DNA from: Emiliania huxleyi CCMP1516
Lineage: Eukaryota
NCBI RefSeq assembly: GCF_000372725.1
Contig: NW_005202427.1
Location: 925,581-989,580, forward strand
Direction of reading: 5' to 3'
DNA length: 64,000 bases
Part shown: in pieces, positions 23,674 through 37,400 of the stretch
How the letters are laid out: every line of letters starts with the position of its first letter
Numbering within the stretch: the stretch's first letter is position 1
Translations under genes and position numbers: made by a program
The notes under the pieces: generated by a model
Database searches by the model: none
What the model saw: the letters and a program-made list of their open reading frames with translations, nothing else
What the model was told of the DNA's origin: nothing

Positions 23674-24162
23674 CCCTGCGCGTCTGCTCCGCCTCCCCGT
23701 CGTCCGCCCTGCGTCGTCTGGTGACGGGTCCTCCATAGTCGGTTGAGCTTGAGGTCGCCCCGCTCCTCGTGCCTCTTCCCAACGTTTCCTCGGCAGCCGA
23801 TGCCGTCTGCTCCGACTCCGCCGTCCCCGGGTCTGCCCTGCCCTCGTCTGCGCTAGCTTCTGTTTCGTCATCACTGATGTCCGTCCTCTTCTTTCTCCTC
23901 TTGTTGTATGCTTCGTGTCTCAGTGATCGATGTCCGATGTGTCGGTCGCGTGTCGTTTTATAGAGCCTCGACGCGTAAGCGCTAGCCCCGCTAGACGTAA
24001 GAGCCCGTTCTGCCGCGTGCAGAGAACGAGAGGAAACGAACCGCACACACACCGCCAGTGCGGCAGTGGCCATGCCGCGCTCGCACCAAACGCCAAACCG
24101 AGAGAGAGATATAAAAGCAACCAAGGCCGCCGGACCGTGCCTCAGCGGGGCAGCTCTTGCCG

Positions 24163-25097
24163 TCATCTCACATTCGCGGCCGCCCTCCACCAAGCACAGA
24201 GCACCACCGACAGGATGCGGCGGCGGCGGTACGCGTCGCCCACCGCGGCGTTGCCCCCCTGAGCAGGGAGTCCGGTGTGGGAGAGGGGTGGAGAGAGAGA
24301 GGCAGAGCGAGGGGAGGCGGCGGGCGGGTGAGCTCGGCGACTACTCTCGGCTCCTCTCTCGCCTCGAGGAAGACGGCGCGCAGCTCGAGCGTGCGCATGC
24401 ACGGCAAGTGGACGCAGCGCTCCCCGCCGCACCGGTCTGCCCTGCACCTCCACCGGCGTTGCCAGCCTGCCTGCCAACGGGCGCGCCGCCGCCACTGGCC
24501 GAGCGCGCGGCGCAGCGCCGCCGAGCGCGCGCGCCGCGCCGCTGACCGCCGCGCACGCGCCGCCGCGAAGCACCTCTCCCGCCACACGCGGACGGCGCGG
24601 CGCAGCGTCGAGCGAGGCTGCCGCGCCGCAGCAGCGCGAGCGAGGCAGGAGAGCGCGAGTGGATGCGACTGAGATGGGAGGGCGGGGCACGCGTCGGCGC
24701 AGAGGGAAGGCAGGTGCTGCCGCAATTCCGGGGCGGGCGCCGGCGACGGTGGCGACTCGCGCCAACGGCGGAACGCATCGGCGAGGACGACGTCTCGTGG
24801 TGACGTCTCCCCACGACGTGATCGGCTGCGCGGCGGAGGCGTCGACACGGCGGAGGCCGCCGCCTCACGCCGCCGCCGCGCCGCCACGGCGTGATCGATC
24901 GCCGGGAAGGAGGAACGCCGCGGCGATGCGGTGTCCGGGGACGCGCTCGGGCTCTGGACGTCCTCGTCCAGAACCCATGCCGCCGCGTCGGCGCCGGCGG
25001 CCGCCCGATCAGCGGCAGACAGGAGCGCAGAGTAGATTTCGCTGCTCGCGTGGCGGAAGGCGAGGGACTGCTCGAAGCCGTGAGGCGAGAGGTTCAT
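24163..25097 (-). CDS. Arg/Ala-rich protein with Sfi1-like L..A(F/L)..WR repeats (possible centrin binder)
   Basis: LADAFRRWR, LRRAVRVWR, LRRALGQWR, ILSVVLCAWW; at least one intron needed. Confidence 0.5.
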
Positions 25098-25923
25098 GGT
25101 CTCGACTGCCACCCAACGGGAGCGAGTCGTCGCGAGCACCGCTCGCGTCCTGGATTCGGCCCGGGGAAGCGGGCGCGGTACTCGACTAGGGGAGTCGCAT
25201 GTGTGAAGCGGTAGCGGTAATCCGCCCCGCGGGCGGCGCAATCGGCGCGGTGGTGAGCTGGGAGGCTGGAGAGTCTGCGTGTGACCTTGTCGCGATGAAG
25301 TGCCACGAAGCGCTATTTCCTGCTCCCAGCTCACCACCTCGCCTTCCCTGCCGCTCTCCTGGCCCAGGCCCATCAGCACCAAGCCCGAGCTGTCCCAAAC
25401 TGCACTTATATCGGGTCCCCAAGCTCACACCGGCTCGTGATGCCACGAAGAGGCCTCGAGACTGTCCCGGTGGACCCCTTGCCGAGCGATTGTGAGGGCT
25501 TTCCGGAGGTCGTTATCGGCGCCATCGACCGTGATATGTCTGCACGTCTCGCGCGCGCGTGAACAGGGCTCCAGGCCCCAAATGAGCACGGACACGGCGT
25601 GGCGACGGTGCTGGTGGGGGCTCTAGATGCGGGCTCTCTCACACGCACGCGCGGAGCACACACGGGGGCGTTGCGCACGAGGATTGATTGATAGAAAGGC
25701 GAAGAACAGACAGGCTCGGACTGGACACCAGCGCGGTATTGGTGGACGCGGGTCAGAAGACGACGACACGCGCGAGCGGCACACAGACACACAGACACAC
25801 AAACTCACAACACACTCAGCCTGGGCTGCCACATCCCAGGCGGGGTGTGCGATCTCGGCAGAGGGCTGGCGGTCACGTCCTAAGCAGTCACGTCCTAAGC
25901 AGTGGTCGCACTCTATCACGTAG

Positions 25924-26361
25924 GTGGGCGCGCTGCTCGACCGCATCACCGGAGGGCGCTACCGCGCCGCCCGCCACCGTGTGGTCGCCGAGCCCAGCGC
26001 GCACGCCTCTGCCGCGCGGGTGGCTGCGACCTTCTTCTTCCGCCCCGCGCCGGCGGCGCTGCGGCGGCGGCCGCCGTCGCCGCTGCTCGAGGGCGTCGTC
26101 GTGCGGGAGGCGAGATCCCGCGAGATCGGCCGCGAGATCGGCCGCGAGATCGACGCGGGGTGCGTGCCCGCGCGAGGGCCGGCTGGTTGTGTGGGGTAGG
26201 CGACATTTGCGAGCTGGGTGCAGCGCGTCAACGGCAAGTACGAGCGCCACAAGGCTGCGGCGCGCTTCCCCGCGCCCCCTCGCGACGAGCCTACCACCCA
26301 CGGACAAGGTGCAACGGTGCAACCGGAATCATGTGGGATCTTTGGTAATATATTGAGCTAA
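25924..26361 (+). pseudogene. C-terminal fragment of an IPNS-like 2OG-Fe(II) oxygenase
   Basis: VGALLDRITGGRYRAARHRVV...RVAATFFFRP; begins at a splice acceptor with no upstream HxD exon found. Confidence 0.65.
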
Positions 26362-26595
26362 CTTTAAAGAGAGTAGACGGAGGCACCGCATTTTTTCAGA
26401 AAAGTCAGAAAAGAATTTCCTCCCTCCTGTAAAGATATACCCCTGCTCTGTACCCCGGCTCTGTACCCTGGCTCTGCCCTCGTCACGAGCGTCGCCTCAA
26501 GATCCTCAGAGCCCGCCGCCTCGCTCTCGTCGCAAGACACGGCGGCAGAGGAGCCAACCACTGACGCCTCGCTCCTCCTGTAGCAGCAGCGGCAA

Positions 26596-28128
26596 ATGGC
26601 TGAGCGACTCAAGCAAATGGCGGCAATAGTCGAGGGGCAGCGCCGGGCACTCGAGAAGATCCATGCAGCCGAGGCGGACACGTTCAAGGAAGGTGGCGCG
26701 GTGCTTAGCCCCCGCCCGAGCAAGAAGTTCCTGCGAAGCTGCATTCACGCTATGTGGCGAACCAAGGCCACGGCGTGCTGCTACGATAGCAAGCAGCGCA
26801 CGGCGACGAAGATCCAGGCCGCTGCTCGCAGGCTGCTTGCGAGGCGGCAGCTGATGGCGGTGCGGAGAGCGGCCAGCAAAGTCGCCGCCTATACGCGCCG
26901 CCACGCTGCCATCGTCGAGCGGGCGCGGCTGTTGCACGAGAGGTCGGCGACGCGGGTTCAGGCGGCCTTCCGCTGGTACAAGTCCCGGGTGCTCGACGCA
27001 CCAGCGGTGACCAAGTCGCGGCTCATCGCACGACTCCACAAGGCGCTGCGCATGCTGAAGGCAGCAGAGGCGGACAAGGCGGCGGCAGTAGCAGCGGCTG
27101 TGGCGTCATCAGAGGCCGACAAAGCAACGGCGGTTCGGACGGCAGTGGAAGCAGCAGTGGCAGCAGCGGAAGCGGCAGTGGCAGCAGCGGCTGTGGCGTC
27201 ATCAGAGGCCGACAAAGCAACGGCGATTCGGACGGCAGTGCAAGCGGCAGTGGCGGCGGCAGATGAAGCGGACAAGGACAAGGGCGGTTATGCGGGGCAC
27301 GGCGCCATGCGGTACCGCCACGGCGACTATGAGGGCGGGCTGAAGGCGGGTCTGCCCGAGGGACGCGGCGTCTGGCGGTCCGCCGGTGGCGACATCTACG
27401 ATGGCGAGTGGAAGGCCGGTGCGAGGGAGGGACGCGGCGTCTTCCGGTACGCCAACGGAAACGTCTATGATGGCGAGTACAAAGCGGGCGAGAAGGAGGG
27501 GCGTGGCGTCTACCGGTTCGCCAGCGGCGAGGTGTACGAGGGTGGGTGGACAGCGGGTGAAAGGGATGGCGTCGGCATCGCCCGGTGGGCTAGCGGCGCC
27601 GTCTACGAGGGCGAGTTCAAGGCGGGTGAGAGGGAGGGGCGCGGCGTCTACAGGTGGGCAAATGGCGACGTCTACGACGGCGAGTTCGTGGCGGGCATGA
27701 TGGAGGGGAAGGGCGTCATGCGGGGCGCCGATGGTGACGCATACGATGGCGAGTGGAAGGCGGGCCTGCCGGAGGGGCGCGGCATTTGCCGGCTCGCCAA
27801 CGGCAACGTCTACGAGGGCGAGTTCAAGGCGGATACAATTGAGGGGCGCGGCGCGTTTAGGTTCGCCAACGGCAACGTCTACGAGGGCGACTTCAGGGCG
27901 GGCCAGAGGGAGGGGGGCGGCGTTTACCGGTACGCCAACGGCGACGTGGATACTGGCTTCTACAAGGAGGATGCCCACGTCGGCGAGGGCGTCGCGTGGG
28001 CTGCGGACGGGCAGCGGGCGGCGCGACTGCGTGACGGGAAGGGAGTGCAGCTCATCTCGCTGGAGGAGGCGCGGAAGACCGCCGAGCGGCTCGGACTTCC
28101 CATCCCGACCCCGCTGCCCGGCGCGTGA
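26596..28128 (+). CDS. IQ-motif + MORN-repeat protein
   Basis: IQAAARRLLAR and VQAAFRWYKSR; about ten 23-aa Y(D/E)GE(W/F)KAG..EGRG repeats; intronless; internal Ala-rich duplication. Confidence 0.93.
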   Translation: MAERLKQMAAIVEGQRRALEKIHAAEADTFKEGGAVLSPRPSKKFLRSCIHAMWRTKATACCYDSKQRTATKIQAAARRLLARRQLMAVRRAASKVAAYTRRHAAIVERARLLHERSATRVQAAFRWYKSRVLDAPAVTKSRLIARLHKALRMLKAAEADKAAAVAAAVASSEADKATAVRTAVEAAVAAAEAAVAAAAVASSEADKATAIRTAVQAAVAAADEADKDKGGYAGHGAMRYRHGDYEGGLKAGLPEGRGVWRSAGGDIYDGEWKAGAREGRGVFRYANGNVYDGEYKAGEKEGRGVYRFASGEVYEGGWTAGERDGVGIARWASGAVYEGEFKAGEREGRGVYRWANGDVYDGEFVAGMMEGKGVMRGADGDAYDGEWKAGLPEGRGICRLANGNVYEGEFKADTIEGRGAFRFANGNVYEGDFRAGQREGGGVYRYANGDVDTGFYKEDAHVGEGVAWAADGQRAARLRDGKGVQLISLEEARKTAERLGLPIPTPLPGA

Positions 28129-28190
28129 CCGTGTGAGTAGTGGAGACCGCTGTTGGTTAGTTGGCTGGGCGGGAGATGAGCGATTGAGGT

Positions 28191-28368
28191 AAAAGAAAGA
28201 AAGAAAACAGACACGCCAGACGAGGGATGGGACGAGGACAGGGTCCCCACCTGCACGAGCAGGATTTTGGAAGAACGATCAGGGGGACAGGTGGGGCTCT
28301 CCTGCTCCTGACAAGGGACACGACAGGCTCGCAGCGCGGTGCGCGGTGGACTCCCACATCCACTGGCG
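28191..28368 (-). mobile_element. SINE-like or truncated non-LTR element with (CTTT)n tail
   Basis: Nearly identical to 52354-52526; direct repeat (GCG)ATTGAGGT at 28180-28190 and 28366-28376. Confidence 0.85.
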
Positions 28369-28541
28369 ATTGAGGTGAAAAAAATCTTTTTGTTCCTAAA
28401 ATTGTGTCGAGCCTGTCTGCTGTGAGACAGAGTTGTTTTGTTTAAATTCTTTTTCGCTCGGTACCAAGGTACCTCATGGGCACCTCTCACCCTAGCCCGG
28501 CGCCGGACGTACACTAGGTGGCGGAGGTGAGGGCGACACGA

Positions 28542-29323
28542 ATGCTCGGCCGACTCTCCCGTCTCCGCCCTGCCGCCGCGGCACGCTCCGCGGCCCGCGT
28601 GTCGGCTCTCCGCTCCGCACCGAGGCGCGGCCTCGCGTCAGAAACGTACACCGAGCAGCAGGACAAGACGGGCAGGCGCTGAAGTCTCTCTTCCGAAGAC
28701 AGGAGGTCTCTCTGCCGTGACGCTGCTGACGAGTCGGCGCTTCGCTCGTAGGCCGCTCTCTCCGCACCTGACGATCTACCGGCTTCCCATGATAGCCTAC
28801 TCTTCTATCACCGTCCGCATCACCGGAGGGATCGCCTACGCCTACATCGTCGGCGTGACGGCTCTGGTGTGTGTGTCCACTCGATCGGCCGCTCAAGGCC
28901 CGCGTGCAATCGCCACCAGCGCGCCACTCCCCCATCAGGCGCTGTTTGGTGGGGCGGGGGCGCTGGAGCAGGCGGTACAGAGCCTGCCGGAGGGCGGCGT
29001 GACGCTCCCTGCCGCCAAATTTGCTGTGTCGTGGCCGTTCGTGTACCACTGGGTCGGTTGCGCCCGCCACATGGTGAGTTGGTGACCCCGCTCGCGTCCT
29101 CTACCAATTCCCTCGCTCGACCGGCGCATCCTCTCCGGCCAGAACTCCCTCCCCCATGCACCGCCCACCCCGGCTGCAGGTGTGGGACGTCTTTGATGTC
29201 TCTTCAAAGAGCTTCACAAACTCGTTGATGCGCACGAGCTCCTACGGCATCTTTGCCGCTACCACCGCAATCAGCCTCGGCCTCGCGACCCTCTCCCTCC
29301 CCAAACCCGCCCAGAAGGAGTAG
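28542..29323 (+). CDS. SDH3: Succinate dehydrogenase cytochrome b560 subunit, mitochondrial precursor, multi-exon
   Basis: RPLSPHLTIYR, SSITVRITG, KFAVSWPFVYHWVGCARHM|VWD; Arg/Ala/Ser presequence. Confidence 0.92.
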
Positions 29324-30098
29324 CGACGGGGGGGGAGGGGGGGGAGGGGCAGAGGAGCCCCAATCTAGAGGGCGGGGGAGTGGAGGGACAGTCACCGCCC
29401 CCAAACGGGGGCGGACCGCCGACTAGAACTCGTGCGTGGGTGCGTCGTGGTGCGGTGGCGCCACTCGAGGCTGCCACACCGCGTGTTGATTGGTGTGCCC
29501 CTCGTCTCTCGCCCACCGGTGGCGCGGGCCGCGCCTCTCCCCGCACTGCTGCGGGGTTGGGCCTGGGGGCCGTCCCCTGGCCTGGCCTGGGCTGGGGCCT
29601 GCGCGAATCGGTGACAATATCTTATACAAAGACACGACGAGAGAGATGTCGCGCGGCGCGAGCCGGTGTTCGAGCTTCTCGACTCCGGTCTTTTGCCGCG
29701 TTTTTCCCGTTTGCGTGGATTTTGCGATTCGTTGCACGTCGGAGGGCGGGGAATATGGCACTGGGAGACTTCTCGAAATGCGGCCCGGGGCGGATGCGTA
29801 CTCTACCTCTTGTGGGACGACCATTTGGGACGACGCTGACTGACACCTGACACCCCTGTCGCCCGGCCCCCCCCTTGGCAGCGATCGATGCCGGCGCCGG
29901 ACGCTGCGGCGGCAGGCCCACCACGAGCGGAAGTGTGAAGAGGGAGGAGGGGGAAGAGAATTGAATCTCTATATTATGTGAAAGAAGTGGAACAAGTCGA
30001 GGAGAAGAACGTACCCTTGTGTGGACGTGTCGTTGACGCGGACAGGCGTGGCCCAACGGCAGGACCACAGCGCACAGGGCGAGGACGACGCAGACACC

Positions 30099-31598
30099 AT
30101 GAGTGGCAAGCGCGGACCCAGCAAGCGCAGCCAGCGAGCGGCCGCGGTGCGAGCTCACGCGTTGCGAGCTGACGATACCAGTGCATACACGCTGTCGGCG
30201 GAGTACGATGACGAAGGCGTCTGGTTTTATCAGGCGTACAACGAAGGCATCGCGGACTGGGCGGTGGAACACGGCACCCTCGGCGGCCCGCTCTTCAATA
30301 CGACGAGGATGACTTGGATCAAGCCTTCGTTTGCGTGGATGCTCTATAGATGTGGCTACTCCGCAAAGCACGGCCAGGAGCGCGTGCTGAAGCTCAAGCT
30401 GCCACACAGCGAGGTGGCGTCGCTGCTCGAAGCGTGCGCCTGCACGCACGGTGGCGGCGGGAGCAAGGGCCGTGTTCAGTGGGACCCGGCGCGCGACATC
30501 TACTCAAGCGAGGGAAAGGGCAAGTCCACGGAGCCTCGCAAGATGCTTCGAGAGCGTGCCATCCAGATCGGCCTCTCGCGCGAGCTCTCCGAACGCTTCG
30601 CGCGCTCGATCCTCGCGGTTGTCGACGTGAGTGCCCTCGCGCGTCGCGTCGGCGATGCCCACCAATCGAAGGACGTGCGCGCTGCAATGGAGGTGTTGCG
30701 CGCACAACTACCGACGGAGCGACAGTACATGCCGCGGTGCATTGCGAAGGACCTTGTCCGGCTGCGCTTGATGCAACCAGAGGAGCAGAAGCTCGCTCCT
30801 GGACCGATCCAGGGCCGTGGCGAGGGCGGCGGAGGAGAGTTTGGCGGCGAGGACAGCGGAGGAGATGGCGACGGAGGCGAGGGCGTCGGTGAGGGCGGCG
30901 GCGGTGAGGGTGGCGGCGAGGGCAGCGACGGCGAGGGAACGGCCGAAACGAGCCCGGCACTCAGGTCGTCGGCCGACGGCAGCAGTGGTTCAAAGCTGAG
31001 CAGCCCGAGTTGGCCTCCGCCAGCATGGGAAGCGAAGCGGCTTCTCGCGGCCAAGCAGTTCGTAGCGAAGATGCGGAAGCACCCGCAGTTCAGTGCTGTG
31101 ACAGAGACAGAGGCACACGTCTTCTTCTGGAAGCCTCTCAGTGCGTTTGATCAGTGGTCACCGTGCCGCTTCGAAGTCGATGGGCAGTGGTACAACTGCG
31201 CCGAGCAGTACATGATGTCAGAGAAGGCGCAGCTGTTTGGGGACATGCATACGCGCGCCAAGATCCTCACTGAGCTCGACCCGGCAGTGCAGAAGAGGCT
31301 GGCGAGCGCCAAGGGTACACTACGAAACTTCGACGAGTCCACGTGGGAGAGAGAGTCCTTGCGCATCGTGACGGCAGGCAACCGGGCCAAATTCGAACAG
31401 AATGCCGAGCTCAAGGCCGTGTTGCTCGCCACAGCAGGCAAGCTCCTCGTGGAGGCGAGCCCGATGGATGCCATCTGGGGGATCGGGCTTGGGGTTCAGG
31501 AGGCACTGGAACGAGATCCCGCCACGTGGCCGGGAAAGAACCTACTTGGACAGGCGTTGATGCTCGTGCGGGAGCAGCTCCTCCGCGGAGCCCCATAG
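30099..31598 (+). CDS. DUF4291 - Gly/Glu linker - NADAR (YbiA-like) fusion, intronless
   Basis: YQAYN...RMTWIKPSFAWMLYRCGY..K..QERVL...RVQWDPARD...RAIQIGL; AEQYMMSEKAQLFGD...AKFEQN...LVEASPMDAIWGIG...GKNLLGQALMLVR. Confidence 0.92.
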   Translation: MSGKRGPSKRSQRAAAVRAHALRADDTSAYTLSAEYDDEGVWFYQAYNEGIADWAVEHGTLGGPLFNTTRMTWIKPSFAWMLYRCGYSAKHGQERVLKLKLPHSEVASLLEACACTHGGGGSKGRVQWDPARDIYSSEGKGKSTEPRKMLRERAIQIGLSRELSERFARSILAVVDVSALARRVGDAHQSKDVRAAMEVLRAQLPTERQYMPRCIAKDLVRLRLMQPEEQKLAPGPIQGRGEGGGGEFGGEDSGGDGDGGEGVGEGGGGEGGGEGSDGEGTAETSPALRSSADGSSGSKLSSPSWPPPAWEAKRLLAAKQFVAKMRKHPQFSAVTETEAHVFFWKPLSAFDQWSPCRFEVDGQWYNCAEQYMMSEKAQLFGDMHTRAKILTELDPAVQKRLASAKGTLRNFDESTWERESLRIVTAGNRAKFEQNAELKAVLLATAGKLLVEASPMDAIWGIGLGVQEALERDPATWPGKNLLGQALMLVREQLLRGAP

Positions 31599-31809
31599 CA
31601 GGCTGTTTACAGGCACAGGGCAGCGGTCGCGGTTGCAGCTCAGTGTTCGGCTTGGTCCGCTAGCACGTACCGTAGCACTATAGCAGCAGTGTTCGGGGAG
31701 GGGGTGCGTCTCGGGCCCCAGGTCGAGCCAGGACGGCCTTGAGCTACCCAACGCGGCCAAAGGATATCCACCTCGAGAACCTCGAGAACCAGAAACATGA
31801 ACTAAAAAC

Positions 31810-34391
<2,582 letters not shown>

Positions 34392-34450
34392 TGAACTAAA
34401 AACAAGAAAAAATATGTCCATTCGGGATCCGCAAGGCGCCTGCATTGGCT

Positions 34451-37400
34451 ATGCCGGCGCGTCCTCTCTTCCTCCGGCTCAAGGGCCCCTCCACATCGGA
34501 GGCGGGCACTGCTGCAGTCCTCGGTGCGGGCGCCGGCTTGCCGGACCTCTTCCTCCTCGCTCGGCACGCCCTCGGCTGCCCGGCCGCGAGCGGCGATGCG
34601 CTGAATCTCTTCCTCAGCGACGGGACACGCGTCACGTCGATCGACGACCTGGAGGACGGCGATGCGCTTCTGGTCACCTTTGGCGACGCGCTGCCAGACC
34701 TCGGCTCGCGCGACGCCGCGCCGGCGAGCAGGCTAGGCGACTCGCCGGACCAGGAGAGTGTTGCGGCGGCTCAGAAGCCGCTGCTGGCAGCCTCCCGGGT
34801 TCTCGCTGCCGCCGAGGTCGGCGCCAGCGGCGAGCTCCCTCCCCTCTCTCGCGGCGGCGTCGGCTCCCGCGCACTCGGCGTCCCTGGCGGCGGCGGCTCG
34901 AGCGGCGGCGGCTCCAGCCCTCTCCAGGCGCTGCGAAAAGTCCCTCCAGAGGCACGCAACAAGGCCCTGATCGCCCTCGCCCTCTGCGTCGCGGCGGGCG
35001 GCGGCCTGCAGCTCGCCGCCCTCGCGCAGTGCGGCGCCAGCCTCCCGGCCGCCAACAGCACCTCTACCACCTCCTCCACCACCTCGGACGGCAGCGGCAG
35101 CTTCACCACCGTCACGACCACAACCACCACGCTACCCGACGCCGCGGCGGTGCAGAACCCTAGAAGCGGGATCCGCACTCTTGTATCCCAACCAGCGCTC
35201 GAGAGGAGGCATACTCCGCTGTGCTCAGCCGCATCTCGCTGTACTCCCTGGAGTCGTACCCCCTCGTATCCACGCGGTGCTCTGAGTACTCTGCACCACA
35301 ACGCCGTCTCCCCGCCCAACACTGGTGTCTTCAGCGCGCAGGTGCACAATGTCACCGGCGCGTGGCCTCTGCCTTTCGGGCCTCCCGACGGGTGCGCCTC
35401 TTCCGCCGCCGAGGCGGGGGGGTGGGGCGCGCTCTCCGCGGCAGCAGCCGGCAGGGAGGAGGCAGTTCGGTGCACCCTCCGTCTTCTTCACACCGTGCCG
35501 CTGTGAACAGGCGCCGCTCGGGCTGCTGGCTGCCGCTCTCATCCTTGCCCGCGAGGGTGCGCTCCCGCAGCCGCTGCCTGCCGGCGCGGCGTCGGGGGGG
35601 CGGGTGTACGGCTTGTCTGCCAAGCAGTGGGGCTGCGTCGCCGCGCTGCTCCCTCTCGGCTACCTGCTCGGTTCGTTCTTTGGCCAGCTCGTCGCGCTGT
35701 CGCCTCCGGACGAGGCGGCGCTGGACGCACCCTACGCGCCGCGAGGCGAGTGGGAGGCGGACGCCGCCGCCTCGGACCCCGAGCCGCTGCCGTCGGACCC
35801 GGTCCTCCGAGGCTACTTTGGCTGGGCGGGCGACGCACGAGAGGCTGGCGCGCAGTGGGGAGGGTCGGCAGGCCTCCTCCTCGGCGCCTTTGGCTCCTTC
35901 TCCCTCCTCCTCGCCCTCCTCGAGCCGGGCGTGCACGACACAGGCACGCCTGGCGTGCTGGAGCGGAGGAAGCTACGCCGCAAGCTGCGAGCCGGCCTCT
36001 TGGTCTTCGCGGGACAGCCCGGCGTCGCGCTGGTCAACTCCCTCTCCGCCGCCAGCCTCGCCGCCGCCGCCGTCTACTTCCTCTCCTCGGCTCTCGCTTG
36101 GAGCCTGGCCCAGCCTCCCTCCGCCGCCGCGCCGCCCTGCAGCTTTGGCGGCGGCGTGGCGGGCGCCGTCGAGAGGGCCGCGAACGGCTCCGCGAGCCGC
36201 GGTGAGTGCGCCCCCCTCCCCCTCTCGTGCGAGGCGCCGCCGCTATGGATGCGGCGTACGCTCGACCAGTCCGTCGCCGACGCCATCGCCGAGTTGCCGC
36301 TGCCGTCGGCGCCGGCGCGCGGGGCGCACGCGTCGGCGCTCAGTGGGACCGGTGCGGCCGCGTCAGTCGTCCTCGCCGGCGAGCGGCTGCTGAGCCACCG
36401 CGGCGGCTCCATCCAGACACGGATTTGCTGGCGCGACGGCGCTCGCAGCTGATGAAGCTCTCCTGGACCTGTGTCCTGGACCTGTGCTGGACCTGTCCTA
36501 GAACCTTTCCTAGGCGCGCCTCGCTCGCAGCTGATGCCGGACGTGCTCTACGCCACGGTCGAGGCGTGGCACTTCGCGTCCGAGGCGACGCTCTCCCTCT
36601 CCTCCTCCGGCGCCGCGCCTTGGTGGGCCGCACAGGCGGGCATCCTGTGGAGCTATCCCGCTCCTGGGGAGGGCCGCCGGTTGGACGCGTCGCTGGACGC
36701 GTCCTTGGACGCGTCCTCCCGAGAGGAGGGCAGGCGCTTGGACGAGGCGCCCACGTCGGCGCCCCTCCGCCTCTCCGCCTTTGGCCACGTCTCGCTCCTC
36801 GTCAACCTCGACGTGCCTCCCGACGGGAGAGGTGGGGAGGGGGAGGGGGGCGGGCCGCCGCCGCCGCCGGGGGCGGCCGCCGGGGGGGTGAGCACCGAGG
36901 TGCGTGCGCCGCGACGCCGGGTGTGGAAAGCAGCAGTCCCGACGCAGCGGTCTGACGAGCCACGCATCGCTGATCAGGCCTGCAGCGGAACGTTCGCGTT
37001 GACTCGCGCGACGCCGACTGATGCGCTGCGCCGGGCGGAGCTCGCGTCGGTGGAGCTCGCCGCCGCCGTCGACGCCGCCGCCGAGGCCGCCGCGGCACGC
37101 ATCGCACGGCGGCTCTGCTTTGGCGACAGCTCTCCTCCCGCGAACCGGTCGGCAGGCGGCGGCGGCGCCGAGGGCGGAGCTGCGGCCTCGGAACGGCGGC
37201 GGCTGGGCGGCGGCGGCGGCCGGCGCGAGCTGCTCTCGCCGCCGGCCGGTGAGGCGGGTGAGGCGTGGGGGTTGGCGTACAGTCTCCCGCGCATGCTCGC
37301 GGTGGTGTTGCCGGAGATGAGTGCGGCGGCGGCGGCGCAGCGCGAGCTGCTCTGCGCGGCGGCGGCGGCAGGGCTCCTCCTCTTTGGCGTGTCGATCTCG

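Larger units (their letters stand above)
23000..23911 (-). mobile_element. 5'-truncated non-LTR retrotransposon with (ATTT)n tail, interrupted by a MITE and the gap
   Basis: Removing 23257-23678 restores a charged ORF end (...AEQTRR|ARRGREQDVAEISRRMYDEI...AEDG*); imperfect TSD TTCGTGTC(TC)AGTGA at 22986-22998 and 23912-23926. Confidence 0.7.
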
